Shown here one piece after another: positions 1 to 12,779 of a DNA stretch of 64,000 nucleotides. Under the pieces are notes generated by a model. It saw only the letters and a program-made list of their open reading frames with translations, was not told where the DNA came from and did not search any database. This stretch comes from the human T2T-CHM13v2.0 reference genome, Homo sapiens. The DNA is taken from NCBI RefSeq assembly GCF_009914755.1, contig NC_060937.1, one strand, 5' to 3'. Position 1 is the stretch's first letter. Each line of letters begins with the position of its first letter. The translations under genes were made by a program, and so were the position numbers.

Positions 1-239
1 TGTTCTCTAGTGCACAACAAAAAGATCGGAGCCCCTATTTCCAAGAAGTGTATTTTGTGGGGATGCAGGATTGGGGACCTACGCTGTGCCTCTGCGGTCA
101 CTTGGTTTCCATGGTCGCTCTTACCTCTGGAGGCCGTTCTTGTTTTGGCATTGCCTTCTCCTATGCAGGGTGTTGCCTCTTGTCCTTTATTACCCCAGAG
201 TACTGCTGGTATGAGATTATTGTGTGAAGCTGACTTTTC

Positions 240-866
240 AGAGGGCTGAGGCTACCCTTACTCTGATACCAGCTACAAGTTCAGAGGGTTTGCCAAACAA
301 CCCTCCAGTTTGATAATTTACCAGAAAGAGCCACAGAATTCACTGAAAGCCATACTTATGATTCATTACAGGAACAGGATACTAGTTAACATTAGCCAAG
401 GAAGAGATGCCTTGGACAAAGCCCAGGAGGGGTCGAAATGTGGAGCTCCCATTCATCCTCTCTCGCTGGCATCATAGAGAGTATTACCTCCTCCCGACCA
501 CTGTTTGTGGCAGTATGCAGGGCATTGCTGGGCAGGGAAGCTCATTGAGCTTTTGGTGTCCAGAATTTTTATTGAGTCCTAATCACATACTATCTGCATG
601 GCTGATCTTCAGTCTCCAGACCTTCCCAGAAGTTTTGGCTAGCATCTTTCATCCTCAGTTCCTCTGCAAGTGTGAACTGATACAACATGGCCTAAAGCCT
701 CCATCACAAATCACGTAATTAGACTCTCTGATTGCCAAAGTCCCCAGGCAAACAAAGATACTCCCCTTAGACTGGACACTCCAGGGGCCTAGCATCACCT
801 TCTTGTACCTGAGGGCAAAAGCCAGAGCTTTTGTGTGTGTGTGTAAAGTTAATTCTTCACGAAACA
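240..866 (-). mobile_element. MER21-family (MER21C-like) LTR, partial
   Basis: Reverse complement resembles recalled MER21 segments (gggaagctcattgagcttttggtgtccagaatttttattg; ggcaaaagccagagc; aagttaattcttcacgaaaca terminus). Left edge approximate. Confidence 0.7.
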
Positions 867-939
867 ATTATATTAACAAAAATTTTCTAGAAATTTATAG
901 ATCATTCTTAATCTCACTGACTAGGTCTTCTCTCCACCT

Positions 940-1411
940 TGTGAACCCTGAAAACCTGAGACAGGTCTCAGTTAATTTAGAAAGTTTATTTTGCTAAGGT
1001 TGAGGACACGTACCTGTGACACAGCCTCAGGAGGTCCTGATGACATGTACCAAAGGTGGTAGGAGCACAGCTTGGTTTTATACATTTTAGGAAGTCACGA
1101 GACATCAATCACTATGTTTAAGATGTACATTGGTTCAGTTCAGAAAGGTGGGACAATTCGAGGCAGAGGCGGGGCAACTTGAAGTTGGGAGGGGGTTTCC
1201 AGGTCATAGGTAGATAAGAGACAAATCGTTGCTTTCTTTTGAGTTTCTAGTTAGCCTCTCCAAATGAGCCAGTCAGATATGCATTCATCTCAGTGAGCAG
1301 AGGAGTGACCTTGAATAGAATGGGAGGCAGGTTTTCCCTAAGCAGTTCCCAGCTTGACTTTTCCCTTCAGCTTAGTGATTTCGGGGTCCCAAGATTTATT
1401 TTCCTTTCACA
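940..1411 (-). mobile_element. MER4A-family (MER4A1-like) ERV1 solo LTR
   Basis: TG...CA termini; reverse complement starts tgtgaaaggaaaataaatcttgggacccc; perfect 4-bp TSD ACCT at 936-939 and 1412-1415. Confidence 0.9.
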
Positions 1412-1724
1412 ACCTCTTCATTTTCCATTATATTTTTTGAAGTTCCTTTTTTATCTAGACCCTCTGAATATCATCCTTTTACCTCATTCATGGATGCATA
1501 TTCTTTCTTTTTTAGGCTGCCTTAGAAATGCAAAATTCCCCTCACTTTGCTATGCAGAGCAATCCATCTCTCTTGGATTTGCCTTAGTATAACCAGGAGC
1601 CCAGGAGGCCTCCCATTCCTTGTCTGCAAAAGCCTATCCATACCCATGAGGTATTTTCCTCAACAAAACAAAACAAAACAGGAATCTATTCCTGACTCCA
1701 CCTCTCCTTTAGAAGGCCAATCCT

Positions 1725-1930
1725 GAACAAAAGTAATCATCAACCATAAATTTCTATACCCAATGAAACTATCTTCACAAATGAAGGTAAAATAAAGACA
1801 ATTTCAAGCACACAAAAAAATGAGAGTTTTATTATCCAAAGTCTCTCACTAAAGGAAGTTCCAAAGGACATATTTTAGGAAGAAGGGAAATGGTTCCAGA
1901 AGAAACATCTGAGTTACAGGAGGAAAGTTG
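1725..1930 (+). mobile_element. Old L1M/HAL1-type ORF1 C-terminal remnant
   Basis: tctatacccaatgaaactatcttcacaaatgaaggtaaaataaagac resembles the conserved L1 ORF1 YPAKLSF..EGEIK-coding block; A-rich and degenerate. Confidence 0.65.
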
Positions 1931-2062
1931 AATAGACAAACAAATAACAAACAGAAAGGTAAACATGGGTAATTAAAAAAAAATGCAACTGCAATTGGTT
2001 TTTGTTTAAAATAAGAACAATTTATTTTCCCCTTACAGTTACATTTATGATTATATTGCAGG

Positions 2063-2463
2063 TGTTAAAAGAAAAACTTTAGAAAAATTAAATTTAGTAG
2101 AGTTTAATTGAGCAAAGAATGATTCACGAATCAGGCAGTGTCCTGAGCCAGAATAGGTTTGGTGTCACCTTGTGCTGGCTTGTGGTTGAAAAAGATTTAT
2201 GGACAGAAAAAGGAAAGTGATATACAGAAGACAGAATGAGATACAGAAACAGCTGGCTTAGTTACAGCTCCACGTTTGCCTTATTTGTACACAGTCTGAA
2301 CAGTTAGCTGCCTTTGATTGGTCCAAACTTGGTGATTGGCACAAGCATAGGTGACAGTCTGTGTACGCATCCAGTTAGATTACAGTTCACTATGTATGGA
2401 GAAACCTTTAGGCTGACCTTAAAATATGTAAGAAACCAGCTTTAGGCTAAGCCTAATTTAACA
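2063..2463 (-). mobile_element. MER57-family (MER57B-like) ERV1 solo LTR
   Basis: TGTTAAA...TTTAACA termini; reverse complement starts tgttaaattaggcttagcctaaagctg; perfect TSD CAGG at 2059-2062 and 2464-2467. Confidence 0.9.
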
Positions 2464-3371
2464 CAGGTAAATCTCAATTTAAATACTATTGGTAACCTTT
2501 TCTCATTATTGGCTGACAAATGATGTCCCTTTTCCTTTAGAAACATTTTCAAAGAATCCAATCCTTTTAGTCGTCAAATCAAGTGTTTCTTAGTTTTCAA
2601 CTGAGTAAGAAAACTTTTTCATTTATTATTTACTAGGGTCAGGAGCATTTAGTAGCAATGATAAAAGTGCAGATCAGAGACTACTTATATTGAACAGAAG
2701 TGCTTTATAAGGTCTCTATTCAACTGACATTCTGTTAAGTATTTCTAGTCAATGGATTCCTACGCGGACTGTTGAAACTTTAAGCTCAGGATAAGTGGTC
2801 TGGATGTGCAGTGCAGTTTAGTAAATGAACTAGAGCTCGGGTTCTATTTGCAACCCAGTTTTTTGGAGCTGAAGGGGCCCTTGGAACTCTTTAATCCCAG
2901 GTAGAAAAATGGAGACTCAGGAAAGCAGCACAGAGCATTTGTTGTCTGAGATAAGAGAGATGGGGCCATTTGAGAGCTCTGACCAGGCCCATGGCAGGCA
3001 AAGGGCTGCAGAGCGTTTCAAATTGGCAAAATTGACCTGTACTTCTCCATGTTGTGCTTCTCCTCAGAACTTTTGGGAAGCCGTGTGACTGTCATCATTC
3101 CAGCTAGAACACTTTCTTCCTCCAGAAAGTTTTGTGATCTGTTAACAATCATGTCTGGACCAAAGAATTTGGGGAAACTTGAAGCCAAAACAAATTTATC
3201 TAAGATTGTTGTTGTTTTTAAACAAGTGGCCAGCTTTGCAAATTTATGGATTAGTCCCCAAAGCTTGTGCTCTATAATTGACCCTTAACAGGTTAGCAGT
3301 AGAGGAGAAGAGAGACAAAGGCCACACTCTAGGGACTAAGAGCTATGAGAGTGTCGAGAGGTTGGGAGGGC

Positions 3372-3392
3372 TGTGTGTGTGTGTGTGTGTGT
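3372..3392. repeat. (TG)10 microsatellite
   Basis: Read directly. Confidence 0.95.
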
Positions 3393-4109
3393 TTGTGTTG
3401 TTGGAGAAGGATGATCGGGTGTAGGAGAGAAGGGAGTAACTGCCACACTTGTGAATTTGGAAGCAATTTCAAAATCTCTATGTGGAGATTTTCTTTTGTT
3501 ATATGGACAAACTTGGGGATAGCCTCAAAAAGTTGAATGTCTTAGATCTCCACATTCTATTTTTTTTTTTTTCCAAGAGAATGCTTACTTAGTTGCGGGA
3601 AGCAGCCTCTAGGTGTGCAGGAGTGCAGATGCATGTCTTCCTTCTCTTCTAGTGGCTGGGACTCTTCCTGGGCTGGCATGGCAGCAACTGTGGGTGGGTG
3701 GTGCAGAATTTGTGCTGGTGTGGGAGGCCCTCATAAGTGACCCAGCCTCTGTCATTTCCGAGATGTTCATGTGGTGATGTGTCCTTTGCTCTAAAACGGT
3801 TGCTGTCATTTGTGATAGGTACACAGAAGTGTATGGACACAGGTGCAAATTCCCAGACCCTTACCTGTCACCAGGAGGCTGGTGGACTTTTCCAGGGTAT
3901 TTGCCCCCTTTTTGTCTCCTGAATGACAATGTTGTGAATTGCGTGGGGGTTCAATGGAAGTGTTTTACTGACTGGGGATTTTTATTCTTGCTCATTATAA
4001 TATTATCTTCTCTTTATTTCCTCATAAATACTTTAGGTTTCCTGTTGTAACTTTTGCTTTTCAATATCCATTTTATCTGGTGGTGATGATGATGATGACA
4101 ATCATAGAA

Positions 4110-4205
4110 AACAGTTACATAGCCATCAGAATGTACCAGGCACTGCTCTAAACACTCACCTTATGTTAATACATGTAGGCCTATTATTATCCCCCTTTTA
4201 TAAAT
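4110..4205 (-). mobile_element. MIR fragment
   Basis: gtaccaggcactgctctaaacact...ctattattatccccctttta matches reverse-complement MIR tail/core. Confidence 0.55.
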
Positions 4206-4639
4206 ATACATGTTCTTAGACCTTTTCCTTTTATTAAATTAGATTTTCATTCTTATGTTATCCAGTTTTATACCCAAAGTTTTAGTTCCTTTTAAATTTA
4301 TCATTCTGAAATTTTTATTGCTAAAAATTATTTCTAAGATAAGTTGTATTGTCCAATATTTTCAATTCTTTTTCTTATTTTTGTATTCTACTTGCTTAAT
4401 TACATTTAATAATTATTTTCTTTAATGCTGCCTTAGGGTTAACATTTTTCATTTTTTTAATCCACTTTTAAAAAGTTCTTTTTTTCCTATATATAGGGGA
4501 TATAGAAAAAGTTACACAATAGCATAGGGACACATTCTCTCCAAAGAGAGGCAATGGTATGGGGGGAGCAAAAGATAGGGTGAGACCATCCTAGAGTAAA
4601 AGGGAACAAGAATTAACCACAAGCAACTTCGGAACCTGA

Positions 4640-4935
4640 ATTAGATGCTGGTACAAAAACAAAACAAAACAAAACAAAACACAGCAAGCAAAGATATTCT
4701 TAGGACAATTGTGGAGATTTGAATATGAACTGGAATAATGGTTCACTTTCTTAGGTGTGGTAATGGTATCAGGGTTATGTAGGAGAATATCCTTATCCTT
4801 AGGCCATTCATGAGAGAGATGGAGAAAGTAAATGAGGTAAAATATTAACGATTATTGAATTGAAAGATATATAGGCATTGATTTCACTATTCAACTTTTT
4901 TGTTGGTTTGAACATTTTCATGGTAAAAGTTAGAA
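4640..4935 (+). mobile_element. Old L1ME/L1MC 3' UTR fragment containing a (CAAAA)n run
   Basis: ggacaattgtggagatttgaatatg; ggttatgtaggagaatatccttatcctta; ttgaacattttcatggtaaaagtt are typical of old L1M 3' ends. Confidence 0.65.
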
Positions 4936-5861
4936 AATACAAAAAAAAACACAAAAACAAAACAATTTTTATCTTTATTATCTGTTTTTCAATTTTTGGT
5001 CTTAACTTGAGTATTATTTATATTATTATCTGTTTTTCTGTATTTTTGTCATAACTTTTTAGTTCCTATTTTATATTTTTATTGTTTACTGCTTTATAAA
5101 ATTTATGCGTTTACTATTTTATAAAACCAGGTAATGCCTCTGGTCCTGGATGCTGGCTGGGGAAAGGAACAGCCTGTATATATTGGCCAAGATGATGAGA
5201 TTGAAGTTGCAGAGCTTGTGTTCTCTCTGGTCACCTGCCTAGCCCCCTTATCAGATACCTCACACCTTCACTGTTGGTTCCCAAAAAAACTCATATTAAC
5301 ATTAAACTCATAGTCCTCTCATAAATTACGTGATAATCTAAAATGGAGAGATTTGCCCTTTTCCATCTTGCCATTGAAATTCTCATGAAAACAACAATAA
5401 TAACAGAAATACCAAGTGCAATGGCAGGAGATCTGCAGGAGAAATTTCTAATGGCCCAGGACAGGTGTGGCTCTGAGGCAGGAAGACAACAGGAGATCCC
5501 CTCTCTCCACCCCTGCTGCAGAGAGGGGAATGGGGCTTAGTGGTTACCCCTAGGCCTAGATATGGTTTGTCAAAAAGAACACAAAGCCACAAGCAGAACA
5601 TAGTGCAATTTCCTAAAGTGTGAGTAGACTTGAGGAAAGTTACTTTTATATTAAAATAAACATGGGTATATTTTGGAATAGCCTGCAAAAGGGAGATGCC
5701 AAAGGAATTTTATGCTTATTGAAGGCTGTTTTGAGACATCCTCTAAGACTCCCAGGAGTATAAATGGAAGAGTTTGTGAATCTCTGTATTATGATTAATT
5801 ATGGGTTGGTTTGGCTAAAGAAGGTTTTGTAGGGGGAATGTTTTTGTGGGCCAATATTGAT

Positions 5862-5897
5862 TATATATTTATATATATATATATAGAGAGAGAGAGT
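5862..5897. repeat. Compound (TA)n(GA)n microsatellite
   Basis: Read directly. Confidence 0.85.
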
Positions 5898-5939
5898 ATA
5901 GACAACTTTTTCTTCTTTGAATAGTAACCTACTGACCAT

Positions 5940-6305
5940 TTGTACGTTGAAGTCCTATCCCCCAATACCTCAAAATGTGACTATATTTAGAGATAGGGCC
6001 TTTAAAAAGGTAATGAAGGGAAAAGGGGGTCATATGGGTGGGCCCTAATCCAATATGACTGAAGTCCTTACAGGAAGAGGAGATTAGGACACAGATATGC
6101 ATGCATAAAGGAAAGACCATGTGAAGACATGCAGAGAAGTCAATCATCTGTAAGTCAAGGACACAGGCTCAGAGGAAACCAACCCTGCCAGTCAACACCT
6201 TGATCTTGGACTTCCAGCCTCCAGAATTGCAAGAAAATACATTTCTGTTGTTTAAGTCACCCAGTTGTGATACTTTGTTAAGGGCAGCCCCAACAAACTG
6301 ATATA
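5940..6305 (+). mobile_element. MLT1B-like MaLR LTR, 5' end eroded
   Basis: gggtgggccctaatccaatatgactg; accttgatcttggacttccagcctccagaa; catttctgttgtttaagtcacccag. Confidence 0.85.
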
Positions 6306-6444
6306 CTGCTAGAATGGTGCTTATCAATTTTGTTATTCTGTTAATTTGTTTCATTTACTTTCCAACACAGTTTTCTCCTTTCTCACTCACTGATATCCTG
6401 ACGTTTGACTTCCTGATCAGAAATGGAAGTGATGGGGTTGGACA

Positions 6445-6640
6445 GCAGGTGTTGGAAACTCAAATGCCTTAGGGACCATGCATGTGGATGTGCAAATCCA
6501 GGATGTAGAATAAAGACGTGTGGTGGTTGCTGTCACAATGAAGGGTGCATTCCCACTTAAAGACATTCAGATTCCAATGCTTTAAAGCCCTGTGCCAGCC
6601 CAAATGAATAAATAAGTCCTTACCTGGACTGTCTGGCAAT
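6445..6640. mobile_element. Possible degenerate hAT-Tip100 (MER115/MER45-like) fragment
   Basis: caggtgttggaaactcaaatgcctt start resembles this group; weak recall only. Confidence 0.3.
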
Positions 6641-9589
6641 TGCAGTCCCTGCTCCAGTACAGCCTGGGCCTCATCCCCATGTTCCCTTGATTTATTACAA
6701 GAGGTCCATAAACACAGGTGCCAACCAAACCTTGTCTGTAGACTCTGTAATGCCACTCATATAGTCACCTCTTAGTAAATTAAATTGCAAACTCACTTGT
6801 TAAATTCAAATTAATTTCCGAACCTTTTTTATTGGATACTTTCTTCATCATGATGATATATGGGGTTTATCCAGATTTTTTAAAAAATTCACTTTTTGAA
6901 TTATAAAAGTCATGCATACGTATATGTTTATTGTGAAAAGATACATTTCTTTTCCTCCTGTGGATCTTCCCCTCAGAATTCCAGTTCTAATTCTACTCCT
7001 TGTGTGAACCCCTGAACATGCACCCATGCCCATTCATTTTTCTGGGCCCCTCACAGCAGCTCTAGCACCTCCACCTAAAAGGATTGAAAGGGAAGATGAG
7101 ACCCCATTGCAGAATATTTGAAGTGGTTACTCATCAGCCCTGTATATACATATTAAAATTCTCTGAGTTGTTACAGCAGCTGTTGCAACTGAAAATAATT
7201 CAGCAAACAGGATCATTTTCTGTGTAGTTTATGGGCTCGGGAACAGTCCAGAAGCTTTGGAATTTGAGTTACTGTCAGCCCGCTGCTCAGCCAATCTCCA
7301 CATGTCACAGGCTGGTAATTTGATCTACAGCTCCCTTGAAGTGAGTTTGTACTGAACACAGAAAGCTCTTTTTTCCCCCTTTTTGCCAAACGCTAAATAG
7401 CCTTTTATGTGTGTCTTTTTTCCCCTTACACAATCACGATTTGATTCAACAAAAATATTACACACCTTCTTCCTGAGGATTTTGTGTCCTTTTCTTGGAC
7501 TCGCAGCTACACATTTTGGGCAGCAAGTTCCCTTGTTCCCTCGGCAGCTGCCTGCGCGCAGTCCTCCGGAGAGCCTAGGCCTGGGAGAGACCGCCTTGGA
7601 TTTAGCTGGGCCTAAGAAAACACAGGCACAGCAGTGAGAAAAATATTATCTTCCAATTCCCCTTCCTTTCAAGACTCAGGAAATCTGCTTCTTTTCAGTG
7701 CTCTTATCACTGCTGTGAAGTTTTGATTTTTCCAATCTCCAGTGGTGGTTTAAAAGGAGCTTAGAGCAGAAGCTGAAAGGGCCTCCTGTATTTAGAGAGC
7801 AGAAGCCCCACCTGCTGTCTCTGGGGCACCTCCCAGTGGCCAGGGCCAGGGGGTGTGTCTGATGATGGAGACAGTTGGAGCCACTTCAGCACTGGCGCCG
7901 AGTTTATTTCATCTGCTGATATTTAGATTGTGGTGGGGAGGGCAGAATGCCTGATGATGCGGTCAGTTCACCACCATGCAACAGGTAGCCTGCTTTCCAG
8001 CTACTTTGCATGATATCCAGACTTTCTGGCATCAAGGCTTGGTGGCTCACAGGGCTTGAGGCAACGCTACTCTGTAGCTTCCATTTTTTTTAGTGATTCC
8101 CTCACCGGTGGTGGATCTACCTAAGATCACAGTGGCCACGGTGGTATGCTATTTTGGGTTACTGAAAACTGAAACCTGTTTTTCGCTGAAGACAGTTTGC
8201 CTAACAGTTTAATAACCTTTATACTTAGAATATCAGGAGTCCTGTCTGTCTGATCAGCCAGTGGTACCATTAAGGAAAAATGAAAGATTGGTTTTCAGAG
8301 TCACTGAAGTTCTGGTGATATTTTAAATAAAAATTGAATACTTGGACATCTAAACTTATTTGATTGAAGCCTTGGGATGCCTAAAGTCATTGTGGTTGAG
8401 ATTATATCTGTTTATGGCTGACAATAATTATCATAAGTGTATAGAGTCTTATGTTGGGGACCTTGCTGTCCATCTCGAGACCATCTGCAGAAAATCCCAA
8501 CAGCTGCAGTTTACTTCTCATTTTTCAGAATAGAGATTGATTATGAAGGAGGCACAAAACAAACCAATAAACAAAAAACCCAAATATTTGATTATGGCAT
8601 TAACTTTATGGTCATTTCTAGAGGAGTGTGTGAGAGACATTAACTAGGTTCTGATTCTTGGAATAGATTAGACATTGGCCTTGCACCCAGCTCCACGGAA
8701 TGATGTCCCCAGAAGGCCTTGCTTGTGCCTGGACACTGATGTCTGAGGAGTACGCTTCCCTGAGCTTTCCATGGGTCAATCTTAGAGGGCAGGGCTCCAT
8801 GATCCTGGCCTTGACTGAAGGGGGAAGGATAGATTGGAGGTTTTTCCAAAGACTCACTGGAATTTGGAGATAAAATATTTAATAGGTTGAAAGCCTTTAC
8901 AAGGGAGAACTCTGGTCTCCCTGTGGACGATGACCAAATATGGTAAAAATGTTCCCATTTCTGGTGGATCAATCAGTCCTTAAATATTTCTAGAATAACT
9001 TCCATGGTTAAAATCTGGATCCAGATTTTCTAATGAGCAATTTGCAGAAAGAACCCACCTGCATCAAATGGCAAAGTCAGAACCACGTGCAAGAGTGAAC
9101 TGCACAGCCCTTGCTTAGCAACATGCCGCTTGTAGCCCACTGGGGGTGGAGTGCCCTCCAATCCAGACTCTACACTAAGAAATTAGGTAATTCAATGGCA
9201 ATAGTAATTTTAGCTGCAGTTTAAGGAACGTTTACAGCTTTGAAACAGGAAATGGAAAACAATAAGTAAGAAACTATAAAATAAATTGAGCACATAGCTT
9301 TCTGTTACATTTTATACCCAGTGGTATGGAAAGTTTACTTAAGGAAATGACAAGGCTTATTTAGAGGACCAGCAACTTCTGGAGTCTTTTATTGAAATGG
9401 AAATGGGAGCAATGTTGGATACTCTTAAGGCTATTTCTTTGTAAATTCCCAATTGGGAAGCTTTAATATGTGTCCAGAAGGATTTAAAGACATTTTTCTT
9501 TTAATATTTACATGCCATATTATAATAAGATGAATCTTTGCTGTGAATTTGAATCTGAATATTAATGTTGGCTGTATTTTATTGAGTGA

Positions 9590-9810
9590 TTATAGTGAGC
9601 CAGGCTCTGTATTAAGCACTTAAAATGACTGAGCTTATTTAATTTATTTAACATTATGATGTAGGTATTATTATTATCTCCATTTTACAGATGAGAAAAC
9701 TGAAGATAAGAAAAATTCTGCAGCTTGCCTAGAATATGGCTGCTAGCAAATGTTGTAAAGGAACTCAGATCTGCCCATTCCCAGAGCCTGAGGTCTTAAT
9801 CTATTCTGCT
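9590..9810 (-). mobile_element. MIR
   Basis: Core gtaggtattattattatctccattttacagatgagaaaactgaag. Confidence 0.8.
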
Positions 9811-10254
9811 GACTTAAATTCTGTATCATGACTTTCACAACCTGAAGCTTGGGAACTCCTGTGGAGCCCTGGAGTGATGTTTAAGGAATACTTCAGTGAG
9901 CTGTACACACTACAACTCCCATATTGCATTTTAGTTTTTAAAAATAGTTTCTTTAAAATAAATGCAAGAGGGGTCTCTGAACAATATGCTCAGGTCTCCA
10001 AACTGGCTGAATTTACCACGGACTATTTTTCTAGCATTTGGATTTTAACAGAAGCAGAGCAAAGTTGGGATGACCACACCCTTCCTGGGCTTCAAGGACT
10101 TTAAAAATGTCCTGGCTGCCCCAGAAGTTGGAGAGCTCTACATTTCAGCGTTGGTGGTGTGTGTTGTCTGAATGAAATGGGTTAGGGGTAGTGGGGAGAT
10201 AAGAGGATTTATAGCCTAAAGAAGGTCAGGGAATCCCAGTGGCCCACCTGCTTT

Positions 10255-10370
10255 AGAGTCTCAATTTTCTCAACTTTAAATGGAAATGATATCATTACCT
10301 ATGTAATCTGAGTGTTGTTAAATGCATTAAATTAGGCAATACATGTGAATAAAGCTTATGAGTTATTATT
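10255..10370 (+). mobile_element. MIR fragment
   Basis: tctcaattttctcaactttaaatggaaatgatatcattacct...attaaattaggcaatacatgtgaa. Confidence 0.55.
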
Positions 10371-10464
10371 TTGGAGGTATTTAATGTGTTCTCCCCTCCT
10401 TGACAGTGGGCTGATATTTTACCATCCTGTTTCTAAGGCCCTGTTAAAGTTGTTTTTCTGAGCG

Positions 10465-10944
10465 TGCTCTATCCATCAGGATCCTGGCAGGAAACAGATG
10501 GTGCGCTCATGCTGGGAAGAGTTTAATAAAGGAACTGTTTACAAAAGTGTGCGCAGGATTTAGGAAAAGCAACAAGGGATGTTGCAGCGCCCCAGTAGAG
10601 GGCCATTACCAACACTAAGCCAGAAGGGTGGAAGGAAAGGAGTGTTTACCAGCACCTAGAGAGGTTTTTGAGAGGGCTGCCTGATAGTTAATGTGGCCTT
10701 TGGTGGAGGAATGCAATCAAGTCACAGAAACCTACCAGGGAGAGATCTTGGGGGAAAAATATCCTGACCTCACTTTCCTCCCTCCCTTTAATCTCCTGCA
10801 GGTATTCTCCACTGGTTGAATGCAAATGGAAGCCAGAGGAAAAGGGAACCCTTGACACAGTTTTCATATAGATTGGCCTCCAGGGCAGACAGCAGGTGAG
10901 AGTGGAGAGTGGGGCTGGGGGACAAAGAGCAGGTATGGAGCACA
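10465..10944 (-). mobile_element. LTR33-family ERVL LTR
   Basis: ggcaggaaacagatggtgcgctca; gagtttaataaaggaactgtttacaaa; ggaagccagaggaaaagggaaccc; TG..CA ends; no clean TSD. Confidence 0.7.
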
Positions 10945-11219
10945 GCATGTGGCTCTCCACATGTTTACCAGTAACCTTCATCACTCTTGCCAGACTGGAC
11001 CGAGAATCAACTCAGCCCATAATTATGCTGTCGTGGTGCCTCTACCTCCTTTTCTGTGTTTTCTCAATTTCCAGAAACTTATTCTCCACTTCCAAGCTGT
11101 CTTGTGTTCTTTTGCTCCTCTAAGTCTTCTTATTGTGGAAAAATGAACACAAAAAGTTAACTCACACACTTAAATGTCTTATGCCTAATTGTTACTTTAA
11201 AATGTGCATACTTATTTTC

Positions 11220-12265
11220 ACTTCTGGGATGGCTAAATTGCTACCAGACTGACCACAGATAAACAATACAAAGAACAACTATCTGAAGGTGAGTAACTGT
11301 AAGCAGATTATGGGGATTAGTTGGCACATGTGTGAAAGGATAAGACAAGGTGTGTCTTCCCCTATTTATGGTTTTTAGCTTAAGAGCAGGCCTTAGACAA
11401 TGCCCATAGTCTTTCTGGCCTGACGAACTAGAAGAAAAAGTTGAGAGCAGCCAGAGCCAGAAGAAAGTGAGAGGAAACCTCTAAAAGAAGAGTGCCAGAG
11501 AGGGGAGCCCCAAATTCCATGCATCAGGTGCCCAACTTTCTGGCTGAGTCCCAAACTTTGTGTGCATGTGGCACACTGCAAGCAGCTCAGTAAAGGGTCA
11601 ATGACCTAACTGAGATAAGAGCTACTGCCCAAAAGACAGAGTTTGCAGTTTTGTCAAAACAAAAACATCACACTCGACGGGAGAAGTGTAACAGAAATGC
11701 AGAATCTCCCTAACAAAACATTCCCAGTGTCCAGGAAACCATCCAGAATTACCCAACATACAAAGAGCAGGAACCAGATTCCTGACCTATTCTGAAGAGA
11801 AAATATAATCAATGAAGATCAATCTTGAGATGACCTAGATATTGGAATTAATAGATGTAGACTTTAAAGCAACTGTTACTACAGTAATTAAAGGAACATT
11901 TATATTTTTATGTGCTTGTATTAGAAAAGAAGAAAAGTCTAAATTAATGACCTAAGGCTACCTTAAAAAGCCAAAAGATTAGAATAAGTTAAATCCCAAT
12001 GCAGTAGAAGAGTAGAACTAATTAAGGTAGGAAAAGATATCAACAAAATATAAAACAACATTAGAGGAACTATATTGGTTATAAGAGATGCAGTTTAAGT
12101 ATAAAGACACAGGTAGGAGTAAAACTGATTCTTGAAAAGATCAAGAAAATTGATAGAACCATAGCTAGACTGATCAAGAGAAAAAGAACACAAATAATCA
12201 ATATCAGGAATGAAAAAGGGGATATAACTACAGATCCTGCAGACATATAATAAGATGATATGTTG
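11220..12265 (+). mobile_element. Old L1M element: 5' UTR/ORF1 remnant joined to an ORF2 remnant
   Basis: 5'-type blocks (gagatgacctagatattggaatta..gactttaaagcaact) followed by ORF2-type aaaattgatagaaccatagctagactgatcaag and aaatatcaggaatgaaaaaggggatataactacagatcc. Confidence 0.7.
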
Positions 12266-12269
12266 ACTA

Positions 12270-12510
12270 CCCTTTTTGCCTGCTGATTTCTGGACACTAG
12301 GAGTCCAACATGCCTTGTGAACAATCATAAATTATAGTTCAGTGGGACACTTGCTGTGTCCTCTGGCGAAAATGTGCCCTTCTAGGGTCAAAGCCTACAG
12401 AACCCAGAATTATGGGGGCAGGAAGGACAGAAATCCCCCAGTGGGTCACTGGGAGTGATGACAAGTGTGATCCTTCCTATTTCCACCCCTTGGTTACATG
12501 TTCAGTACAC
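12270..12510 (-). mobile_element. ERVL/MaLR internal-sequence fragment
   Basis: ggacagaaatcccccagtgggtcactgggagtgatg...tttccacccct resembles reverse-complement ERVL-type post-integrase region. Confidence 0.55.
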
Positions 12511-12779
12511 TGGAACATATTCAGAGCTTTTTGGGTGTAAAGATTTGGGTACAGGAATACTGTCATTGAGAGCAGTGCTCCAAAATTCCTTCCATAAATA
12601 CTGAGGTGTCTCCATCACCGTGGCCAGATTTTCATATTTTTTTCACCCCTGGCCATGTAACACACCTCACAGCAGACCCTTTGCTTGAACAGCTTATCTG
12701 TTTGCTTCCTATCACTTCTGCAGGAGAAAAATGGAGTGGAATGGGGGAAAGAACCTAGTTCTTTCTGCAGGAGAGATAG

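Noticed and set aside
8934-8943. Perfect CArG CCAAATATGG (also CCAATATTGG at 57126-57135)
   Set aside because: A few CC(A/T)6GG matches are expected by chance in 64 kb of AT-rich DNA; no supporting context.
10592-10605. CTCF-like CCAGTAGAGGGC in LTR33
   Set aside because: The 3' end departs from consensus; cannot be supported without ChIP data.
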